IMG/VR virus record: IMGVR_UViG_2684622669_000017
Strand: one strand, 5' to 3'
Length of the DNA stretch: 5,954 nt
Origin: a virus
Lineage: Duplodnaviria > Heunggongvirae > Uroviricota > Caudoviricetes
This document shows positions 1-4,383 of the stretch, one piece after another. The position numbers and the translations under genes were made by a program. Under the pieces are notes generated by a model, which saw only the letters and a program-made list of their open reading frames with translations, made no database searches and was not told the origin of the DNA. How positions within the stretch are numbered: position 1 is the first letter of the stretch; the number at the start of each line of letters is the position of its first letter.

Positions 1-108
1 CGGCAGGGGAACCGCCATACTCGCCGTTGCCATTTGTGTCCCCTTGCTGGTGGTCTTTAACTGCGGGTCAGTCGCCAGCCGCCCGTAAGCTGCTATCTGT
101 GCTGTCAT
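1..108 (-). CDS. Partial CDS (5' end only, continues past the left window edge): probable single-stranded-DNA-binding (SSB-like, OB-fold) protein
   Basis: Minus-strand ATG at 108..106 overlaps the TGA stop of the upstream ORF (ATGA). Translation MTAQIAAYGRLATDPQLKTTSKGTQMATASMAVPLP stays open to position 1. The G-R-L-x-x-D-P-x-L...G...A-x-x-S-x-A-V pattern resembles the N-terminus of bacterial/phage SSB. Absent from the ORF track because it is truncated. Confidence 0.4.
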   Translation of the reverse strand, partial: MTAQIAAYGRLATDPQLKTTSKGTQMATASMAVPLP

Positions 109-356
109 GTTGTCTGCTCTCCGGTTTTAACGTTGATGGTTGTCACCTGTTCCGCTTCGGCAATCTCCCGTTCTGTCAGCGTGGCAAAGTTTGCCGCCGC
201 CGTGGTCATGAATGCGCTTATCAGTTCGGGATGTGCTTTCGCGTATCCTTCCCCGGCATGGCGGTCTATCGTTCTGATTGCCACCTTTAAGGCGTGCTCT
301 GTCATGTCTAATGCGCGATATTTTGGTGCTGTCTTATCTCTGGTTTTTCTGGTCAT
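105..356 (-). CDS. Hypothetical protein (83 aa), function unknown; translationally coupled to the downstream SSB-like gene
   Basis: ORF track; ATG at 356..354 preceded on the minus strand by AGAGGTGAGGA (SD-like, itself part of an iteron); protein-like composition; stop TGA overlaps the next start. Alternative in-frame ATG at 305..303 (MTEHALK...) has no SD. Confidence 0.5.
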   Translation of the reverse strand: MTRKTRDKTAPKYRALDMTEHALKVAIRTIDRHAGEGYAKAHPELISAFMTTAAANFATLTEREIAEAEQVTTINVKTGEQTT

Positions 357-560
357 TCCTCACCTCTACTCACTTTTATTCCTCACTTTTTGTTATTCCC
401 GTCCTGCTCCTCACCTGTTTTTTTTGCTTCTGTAATGCGTTGTTTTGCAATGTATTTTTTATTCCTCACTTTTTGACCTATATACAGGTGAGAAAGTGAG
501 GAATAGCGCTGATTTTTTGTTAAATTACCCGCTATCCTCACTTTTGCTCCTCACTTTTTA
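355..560. repeat. Iteron array with AT-rich core: putative origin of replication of the element
   Basis: Direct copies of (A)TTCCTCAC(T)TTTT(G) at 355-363, 369-377 (partial CTCACTTTT), 378-392, 409-414 (followed by T8 at 418-425), 461-475, 533-546 and 547-559. One inverted copy AAAGTGAGGAAT at 493-504. CACCTG (412-417) and CAGGTG (485-490) form an inverted pair flanking an AT-rich stretch 418-484. Lies immediately 3' of the helicase gene; the last iteron overlaps its stop codon. Confidence 0.7.
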
Positions 561-1973
561 CAGTGGGCGCACATAATCACCGTCAATAGCGATTACGCCG
601 TCGCTTTCCAGCTTGTACAGCCAGCGCCGGAAGTTTTTCATTTCATACCCCAGCTTTTTCATATCGTCGCGGAGAAGGGCGATAGTGCACGCCTCCCCGT
701 GTGCTGTTCGCGTTCTGATGCACTGCCATAGCGCGGCATGATTCTCCGTCTTGTTCCCGGCCTCCTCGATGCGCTCCAGTTCAACAGGTGGGCGCGGCTT
801 ATCCACAACCACCAGCGACGTGATTAACTCCCCGTCAGTGTCGGTAAAAAGCTCCACCACGCGTAAATCGTATGCAGCCTCTTTCAGTTCCTCCGCGTCC
901 TTCATTTTGGTGCAGGAGATAACCAGGGCTTCACTGTCTGCACCTTCACGGCGAATACGGTATTCAGCGTCCAGAGATGCACGAAATGCACTGGAACCAC
1001 GCGCCCCCTTTGTTTCATCCTTGCCGGAATGGTGAACCACCAGCACCGTGGCCCCTGTGCGTCGTTTCAGTTCGTCACATCCACGGATAAACGCCCCCAT
1101 ATCCCGCGCGTCATTTTCATCATTACCGCCAAAACACCGCGCCAGCGTATCCAGAATAATCATGCGTACCGGTTTACCCGTTTCCCTTTCAACCTGGCGG
1201 GAAGCGATGACCATTTCATCAACATCAAACTGGGCTGCCGGAAAAATCGGGCGGTTTACCAGGTACAGATTTTCCACCCGTTTATCATTAACGATTTCCC
1301 ATGCCTTGATACGGCGGGGGACACCAATGCCACCTTCACCGACGACATACATCACCGAACCATGCGCCACCCTGCGGCCTCCCCAGTGACGGCCAGTGGC
1401 AACATGACACGCCCAGGAACACGCGAGGAACGATTTATAGGAACCGCTCGCGCCGTATGTGCTGCACAATGAATTAGCCGGAATCACGCCCTTAACGACA
1501 TAATCAAGCTGTGTGTCGTACCCTGCAGATCCAATGCTCATTGGTAGCGTGGTTTTTCGCTGGCTGTATTGCTCGTCAGTAAGTATTTCCCCGCGCTCTG
1601 CCTGTTCGCGGATCCGTTGCAGGTAGTCGTGCCAGTTCTCCAGCTTCTGGCTGTGCATTCCATCAGGGTAATAATTCGCATCCCGTACACCTGCCGCCGC
1701 CAGCTTTTGCCCGATAGCATTAATATTTGACGGCTTGATGTGGCCTGCCTTGTACAGCCGGACACAATAGCGACCATCGTCGATGATTTTCAGGTCTGCC
1801 AGTTCGTCAAGCTGGCTGTCTCCAAGCCATACGGGTGGCACGTTGTCGCCAGCAAGTCGCCCGTCCTGTTCCTGCCATTGTTTCGCGTGCGCCCAGGCAT
1901 CACTACCCGCAAAAATAATGACTTCGGTCATTTTGTCGTGTGGCTGTTTTTTTAAGTTCGGTGCCAGTTTCAT
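558..1973 (-). CDS. RepA-like replicative helicase / replication initiator, AAA_25 (RecA-fold) ATPase family, with C-terminal putative winged-helix DNA-binding region
   Basis: 471-aa ORF, ATG at 1973..1971 with AGGGT SD-like 5 nt upstream, ATGA overlap with the upstream ORF stop. Motifs: P-loop-like VIPANSLCSTYGASGSYKSFLA (Walker A variant with Y in place of the second Gly, verified on the DNA as TAT), Walker B MIILDTL, and VLVVHHSGKD characteristic of RepA/AAA_25 helicases. Iterons lie immediately downstream. Confidence 0.8.
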   Translation of the reverse strand: MKLAPNLKKQPHDKMTEVIIFAGSDAWAHAKQWQEQDGRLAGDNVPPVWLGDSQLDELADLKIIDDGRYCVRLYKAGHIKPSNINAIGQKLAAAGVRDANYYPDGMHSQKLENWHDYLQRIREQAERGEILTDEQYSQRKTTLPMSIGSAGYDTQLDYVVKGVIPANSLCSTYGASGSYKSFLACSWACHVATGRHWGGRRVAHGSVMYVVGEGGIGVPRRIKAWEIVNDKRVENLYLVNRPIFPAAQFDVDEMVIASRQVERETGKPVRMIILDTLARCFGGNDENDARDMGAFIRGCDELKRRTGATVLVVHHSGKDETKGARGSSAFRASLDAEYRIRREGADSEALVISCTKMKDAEELKEAAYDLRVVELFTDTDGELITSLVVVDKPRPPVELERIEEAGNKTENHAALWQCIRTRTAHGEACTIALLRDDMKKLGYEMKNFRRWLYKLESDGVIAIDGDYVRPL

Positions 1974-2269
1974 TTTTTACCCCTGAATGCGTTAATCATG
2001 TTTTTCATTTTCTGAATATTTGCCCGTGCCTTTGCGTTGCTGGTGGGCTGTTTGCGTGGTGTGGCCTGTATCAGTGAAAAATCACGCCGGAACTGATAAA
2101 CAGGCATCACGCAGTCATAACCGTACCCATCACGGCGGTAAGTAACGCACCGTCCCGCCACGCTTTTAATCGTTACCGTGCCGCCGTAGTTATCCCGGAA
2201 AATATCGCCGGGGCGGATTTCAGGCCGAGCGGGGCCGCTGGCAGTAAAGCCAGAATTTTTCTTTTTCAT
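1970..2269 (-). CDS. Hypothetical protein (99 aa), function unknown; translationally coupled to the helicase gene
   Basis: ORF track; ATG at 2269..2267 preceded by GAGGAA 7 nt upstream; TGA stop overlaps the helicase ATG (ATGA). No recognisable motif. Confidence 0.6.
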   Translation of the reverse strand: MKKKNSGFTASGPARPEIRPGDIFRDNYGGTVTIKSVAGRCVTYRRDGYGYDCVMPVYQFRRDFSLIQATPRKQPTSNAKARANIQKMKNMINAFRGKK

Positions 2270-2339
2270 GGTTTTTATTCCTCTGCGCGGGTCTTGTCGT
2301 GTATTTCCATAACCGCGTTTAATTCATCAATAACCGGGG

Positions 2340-2483
2340 TTAACAGAGTGCTGAAAGCAGAAAGTAAATACCCCCCCGCTCGGTGTTATTTTCGGTTAAT
2401 TCATCCAGTACCGTTTTTAATTCAAGCGCCCTGATTAATGCATTCTCAGAATGAATAAGAACATCGAAAGGGATTTTATCCAT
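2340..2483 (-). CDS. Small hypothetical ORF (47 aa as sequenced); would be 69 aa ending at 2275 if the G7 tract were G8
   Basis: ATG at 2483..2481 with GGAGGA 8 nt upstream, overlapping the stop of the upstream ORF (ATGGATAA). Translation MDKIPFDVLIHSENALIRALELKTVLDELTENNTERGGIYFLLSALC. A +1 change in the homopolymer at 2371-2377 extends the reading frame to a TAA at 2275-2277, directly in front of the RBS of the next gene. Below the ORF-track length cutoff. Confidence 0.4.
   Translation of the reverse strand: MDKIPFDVLIHSENALIRALELKTVLDELTENNTERGGIYFLLSALC
2371..2377. repeat. C7 (plus) / G7 (mRNA) homopolymer inside a coding region; candidate frameshift site
   Basis: cccccccg at 2371-2378; read directly from the sequence. 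Confidence 0.9.
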
Positions 2484-2709
2484 GGCTTACATCCTCCGGG
2501 AATTTTCTTCTGTAACGCGCCTCTGCCACATATTCAGCATAGTCCGACGCAATAACGAGAATATCGCTGCCTGTTCCTGAATGCTCAGTGGTTCCAATTA
2601 AAAAACATGCGGCCTTTATCAGGTCATTAACAACCAGCAACGCATCACCCGCATCATCCGATACGCCATCAAATTCCTGTTTCAGGGCATTAAAACGATC
2701 ATCACGCAT
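2476..2709 (-). CDS. Hypothetical protein (77 aa); possibly the C-terminal part of a gene split by the G9 tract
   Basis: ORF track; ATG at 2709..2707 lies 2 nt after the G9 run (the run could act as an SD but the spacing is short); overlaps the 3' end of the upstream ORF by 28 nt in another frame. Confidence 0.5.
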   Translation of the reverse strand: MRDDRFNALKQEFDGVSDDAGDALLVVNDLIKAACFLIGTTEHSGTGSDILVIASDYAEYVAEARYRRKFPEDVSHG

Positions 2710-2942
2710 AACCCCCCCCCATTTTCACAATCAGCAATCAGGATGGCTTTGGCCTCATTCAGTGCCATATCAGCGGTAAGCTGTGCGTAGGCCAGCGAAT
2801 GGGGGATTATTGCCCCTGTATACTCCGGCTCTCTGGTAATGTGTTTTTCTGCGGTTGCTGCCGTGCATGAAATATCAATCAGCGCGCGCATTAGCGTTCT
2901 GATAGCTTCGTCGGCTGCGTCCGGACGGGTGTTATTGCACAT
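2682..2942 (-). CDS. Hypothetical protein (86 aa); possibly the N-terminal part of a gene split by the G9 tract
   Basis: ORF track; ATG at 2942..2940 with GGAGG 6 nt upstream; start overlaps the stop of the Icd-like gene (ATGTGCAATAA). The final 9 codons after the G9 tract (LCVMIVLMP) look like out-of-frame read-through. Confidence 0.55.
   Translation of the reverse strand: MCNNTRPDAADEAIRTLMRALIDISCTAATAEKHITREPEYTGAIIPHSLAYAQLTADMALNEAKAILIADCENGGGLCVMIVLMP
2712..2720. repeat. C9 (plus) / G9 (mRNA) homopolymer at the junction of two overlapping ORFs; candidate frameshift, slippage or sequencing-error site
   Basis: accccccccc at 2711-2720; read directly from the sequence. One extra G would fuse ORF 2682..2942 to ORF 2476..2709 (...DCENGGG-VMRDDRFNALK...), giving about 151 aa. 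Confidence 0.9.
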
Positions 2943-3138
2943 GGTGCACCTCCTGACGAATACGGGCGGCGAATACCATCACGCAGCCAGCCGGTGATTG
3001 TTGACGGGCTTCCTGTTCGCTGGTGGCCACGATGTGAATCACGCGCGGTTGTGCCGTGCTCAGGGCGATAAAACGCCAGATGTATTTATTCAGGTTGTGC
3101 GAGTCCCGCCCTTGCGGGTGTGTGGTATGATTTCTCAT
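2932..3138 (-). CDS. Small protein (68 aa) resembling Icd-like (host cell-division inhibitor-like) proteins of P4-type elements; first gene of the leftward operon
   Basis: ATG at 3138..3136 with GAGGT 4 nt upstream. Translation MRNHTTHPQGRDSHNLNKYIWRFIALSTAQPRVIHIVATSEQEARQQSPAGCVMVFAARIRQEVHHVQ. The W-R-F-x-A...ATSEQEAR...FAAR pattern matches, from memory, the Icd-like small-protein family. It is the 3' end of a 356-aa ORF-track entry whose upstream part I consider non-coding. Confidence 0.55.
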   Translation of the reverse strand: MRNHTTHPQGRDSHNLNKYIWRFIALSTAQPRVIHIVATSEQEARQQSPAGCVMVFAARIRQEVHHVQ

Positions 3139-3175
3139 AGCTACCTCGATACTTCTGCTATCGTTGGTGGTTAGA

Positions 3176-3209
3176 AGCCCTGCGAGTGGTAACGACACTT
3201 GCGGGGCTT
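3176..3209 (-). promoter_or_regulatory. 13-bp imperfect inverted repeat (AGCCCTGCGAGTG-N8-CACTTGCGGGGCT) in the predicted 5' leader of the leftward operon
   Basis: Read from sequence; 11/13 Watson-Crick matches, and both mismatches become G.U pairs in RNA; lies between the predicted leftward promoter and the Icd-like RBS. Confidence 0.45.
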
Positions 3210-3230
3210 TGCATTTATGCGCCTTGATAA

Positions 3231-3271
3231 TTTTAAGGTGTGGCCCACTATATGTTTTAGGTGTGGTCCAC
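3231..3271. promoter_or_regulatory. Tandem operator-like repeats TTTTA(A)GGTGTGG(C/T)CCAC, each containing a GTGG-N-CCAC palindrome
   Basis: Repeat 1 at 3231-3248 (palindrome GTGGCCCAC 3240-3248), repeat 2 at 3255-3271 (GTGGTCCAC 3263-3271), period about 24 bp. They overlap the -10 and spacer of the predicted leftward promoter and lie upstream of the RHH gene. Confidence 0.55.
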
Positions 3272-3276
3272 GTCAA
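3247..3276 (-). promoter_or_regulatory. Predicted sigma70 promoter for the leftward Icd-like/helicase operon (TTGACG-N18-TATAGT)
   Basis: Minus-strand -35 TTGACG (3276..3271) and -10 TATAGT (3252..3247) with an 18-nt spacer; predicted TSS near 3240; both operator repeats overlap it. Confidence 0.5.
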
Positions 3277-3337
3277 GAGTTTTATTTGTGCTTTTTCTGT
3301 GTATACTGTCCCCCACCAATCCACCAGAGGAATAGAA

Positions 3338-3517
3338 ATGGCAACGGGTACAACAAACGCAAAATCACAAGCTCTAAAGGCTCGTGTACCACACGAAATA
3401 GTAAACGCCATGGAATCAGTGAAAGAATCAGGCGAAAGCACATCACAATTCATCATTACGTCAATGCAAGGCGAGATCAAACGCCGCCAGCGGCGCAAGG
3501 CCAAAGAGCAGGAGTAA
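3338..3517 (+). CDS. Ribbon-helix-helix (Arc/MetJ/CopG-like) DNA-binding protein, 59 aa; candidate repressor of the divergent promoter
   Basis: ATG at 3338 with GAGG 7 nt upstream. Translation MATGTTNAKSQALKARVPHEIVNAMESVKESGESTSQFIITSMQGEIKRRQRRKAKEQE. Beta-strand (LKARVP) - helix A (HEIVNAMESVKES) - G-x-S turn - helix B matches the RHH signature (compare Arc NLRWPREVLDLVRKVAEENGRSVNSEIYQRVME). Palindromic repeats lie upstream. Confidence 0.65.
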   Translation: MATGTTNAKSQALKARVPHEIVNAMESVKESGESTSQFIITSMQGEIKRRQRRKAKEQE

Positions 3518-3574
3518 CCATCACCAGCGCCGTGGTGTGAGTAACTACGGCGCATTGCTATGCAGGACAACACA

Positions 3575-3748
3575 ATGACCGATAAAGAATTGACCAAAAC
3601 ATTATCACCGGCACGGAAAAGACGGCGCAGAAAGATAGAACATGAATCAGAAAGATTCGCACCTTGTTCGTTTGCTCTTGAGAAATTCCTTAAAGAGCAC
3701 AGGAAAAAGCTCTCGTTGCAAACCTTGGAACGAACCAAATCTGACTGA
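3575..3748 (+). CDS. Small basic protein (57 aa; 62 aa if translation starts at the upstream ATG 3560), function unknown
   Basis: ATG at 3575 preceded by AGGA (3564-3567) with 7-nt spacing; the ORF-track start at 3560 lacks an SD. Translation MTDKELTKTLSPARKRRRRKIEHESERFAPCSFALEKFLKEHRKKLSLQTLERTKSD; same frame as the RHH gene but separated by two stop codons. Confidence 0.45.
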   Translation: MTDKELTKTLSPARKRRRRKIEHESERFAPCSFALEKFLKEHRKKLSLQTLERTKSD

Positions 3749-3827
3749 TCACATTGCCCACCAGCCGCAAATGTGGCATTGTTGGTGATGCTCATACGTT
3801 GGGGATAACGTGTAGCTTGTGTCGAGG

Positions 3828-3855
3828 GGCCACCGTAGCGGTTGGCCTTTGTTTT
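3828..3855 (+). terminator. Probable intrinsic terminator of the RHH/small-protein operon
   Basis: Hairpin GGCCACCG-tag-CGGTTGGCC (8 bp with one bulge) followed by TTTGTTTT (3848-3855). Confidence 0.45.
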
Positions 3856-3872
3856 GCCTGTTATCCGGCAAT

Positions 3873-3902
3873 TGTGGCGCTTCGCCACACGGTTGATATA
3901 AT
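3873..3902 (+). promoter_or_regulatory. Extended -10 promoter (TGaTATAAT at 3894-3902) overlapped by a perfect 7-bp-arm palindrome TGTGGCG-CTT-CGCCACA (3873-3889)
   Basis: Perfect TATAAT at 3897-3902 preceded by TG at 3894-3895; -35 is weak (TTGTGG 3872-3877, 19-nt spacer); the palindrome occupies the -35/spacer region like an operator. Confidence 0.4.
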
Positions 3903-3908
3903 TCCCCT

Positions 3909-3979
3909 GCACTGATCCATTTTTTTCGCAGCAGGTTAATTGTTCGCAAGGGCGCTCCGGTAACGGGGCGCTTTTTGTT
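3909..3979 (+). ncRNA. Candidate small RNA (about 70 nt) between its own promoter and an intrinsic terminator
   Basis: Predicted TSS about 7 nt after the TATAAT; transcript ends at the 3952-3979 terminator; no ORF with an RBS in between; contains a possible 5' hairpin CCTGC...GCAGG. Entirely inferential. Confidence 0.3.
3952..3979 (+). terminator. Intrinsic terminator (plus strand): GC-rich 8-bp stem with GUAA tetraloop and U-tract
   Basis: GCGCTCCG-gtaa-CGGGGCGC (one U.G pair) followed by TTTTTGTT (3972-3979). On the minus strand the hairpin is not followed by a T-run, so it is unidirectional. Confidence 0.55.
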
Positions 3980-4006
3980 ATGTTCATCGCGTTACGCCTC
4001 ACACCA

Positions 4007-4213
4007 TTACGCAGCCGTTCCGCGCGCTTCTTCCTCGCGCTCTTTCAGCCAGGCCAGCACTTCATCTTCATACCAGCCAACACGACGCAGACCGATTTTG
4101 AATCCTTTCGGGAATTTTCCGGCGTTGATCATGTCCTGTAGCGAACTGTCTGCCTTGATGCGCAGAATATTTTTTACTTCCTGACGGGTAAGTATTTTTC
4201 TGATTGTTTCCAC
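4007..4213 (-). CDS. alpA: AlpA-family phage regulatory protein (transcriptional activator / excisionase-like, winged HTH)
   Basis: 68-aa ORF starting at GTG 4213..4211 with GAGGT 8 nt upstream. Translation ...ILTRQEVKNILRIKADSSLQDMINAGKFPKGFKIGLRRVGWYEDEVLAWLKER aligns with E. coli AlpA motifs (FPK, VGW, E-x-E-[IV]-x-x-W-L). Confidence 0.8.
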   Translation of the reverse strand: METIRKILTRQEVKNILRIKADSSLQDMINAGKFPKGFKIGLRRVGWYEDEVLAWLKEREEEARGTAA

Positions 4214-4280
4214 TATGTTTTACCTCGTTAATCCGGCGTATTCCGGTGATAAATACGGTAAAACAGGGCAGGGCGGGAAA

Positions 4281-4318
4281 AACAGTACCCACCGTTTTAA
4301 AACGGTACCCACTGTTTT
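4281..4318. promoter_or_regulatory. Composite repeat upstream of alpA: two direct GTACCCAC copies 20 bp apart around a perfect palindrome CCGTTTTAAAACGG, with inverted outer flanks AAAAACAG / CTGTTTTT
   Basis: GTACCCAC at 4285-4292 and 4305-4312; palindrome at 4292-4305; lies between the int-operon terminator and the alpA RBS. Confidence 0.4.
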
Positions 4319-4348
4319 TTATCTCATTGATTACGCTTTTCTTTCTGC

Positions 4349-4377
4349 AAAAAAATAGCGACCGCAAAGGGCCGCTA
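4349..4377 (-). terminator. Intrinsic terminator downstream of the int / 76-aa ORF transcription unit
   Basis: Minus-strand hairpin TAGCGGCC-ctttgc-GGTCGCTA (one mismatch) followed by TTTTTTT (plus-strand A7 at 4349-4355), 7 nt after the ORF stop. Confidence 0.55.
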
Positions 4378-4383
4378 TTGTGA

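Larger units (their letters stand above)
3224..3307 (+). promoter_or_regulatory. Rightward promoter region for the RHH operon (exact elements ambiguous)
   Basis: Candidates: TTGATA (3224-3229)-N19-TATATG (3249-3254), or a -10-like TATACT (3302-3307) with a poor -35. No clean consensus; the region is placed by position upstream of the RHH RBS (GAGG 3327-3330). Confidence 0.3.

Noticed and set aside
27-499. Plus-strand ORFs 27..290, 133..435, 278..499
   Set aside because: Antisense to the SSB-like and 83-aa genes or spanning the iteron/AT-rich origin; hydrophobic low-complexity translations typical of T-rich non-coding DNA read in frame.
355-560. Possibility that the CCTCAC repeats are a CRISPR array
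   Set aside because: The repeats are only about 12-15 bp, irregularly spaced (13 to 72 bp), partly inverted, and embedded in AT-rich DNA next to a replication helicase; this fits iterons, not CRISPR repeat-spacer units.
751-1986. Plus-strand ORFs 751..1035, 1029..1472, 1048..1389, 1740..1955, 1783..1986 and minus 1538..1777
   Set aside because: All lie inside, antisense to or out of frame with the 471-aa helicase gene, which has clear ATPase motifs; no RBS; biased junk-like composition.
2682-2720. Programmed ribosomal frameshift signal at the G9 tract
   Set aside because: No slippery heptamer of the X-XXY-YYZ type and no obvious downstream pseudoknot or hairpin; a simple indel or slipped-strand length change explains the frame break more economically. 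Kept only as a possibility within the homopolymer finding.
3164-3540. Longer N-terminal extension of the RHH ORF (3164..3517) and overlapping ORF 3199..3540
   Set aside because: The upstream extension covers the promoter/operator repeats and has no SD; the ATG at 3338 with GAGG at -7 is the credible start. The 3199..3540 frame is Cys/Arg-rich and overlaps the RHH gene out of frame.
2932-4002. 356-aa minus-strand ORF in the ORF track
   Set aside because: Only the last 68 codons (3138..2932, the Icd-like gene) have an RBS and protein-like composition. The upstream 288 codons are Cys/Ser/Arg-rich and low-complexity, start at a GTG, and run antisense through the promoter/operator region, both plus-strand genes and the terminators. 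Treated as a chance open frame.
3749-4184. ORFs 3749..3949 (minus), 3975..4184 (plus), 4068..4412 (minus)
   Set aside because: They overlap terminator hairpins and the candidate sRNA, or are antisense/out of frame to alpA; no RBS; the translations are not protein-like.
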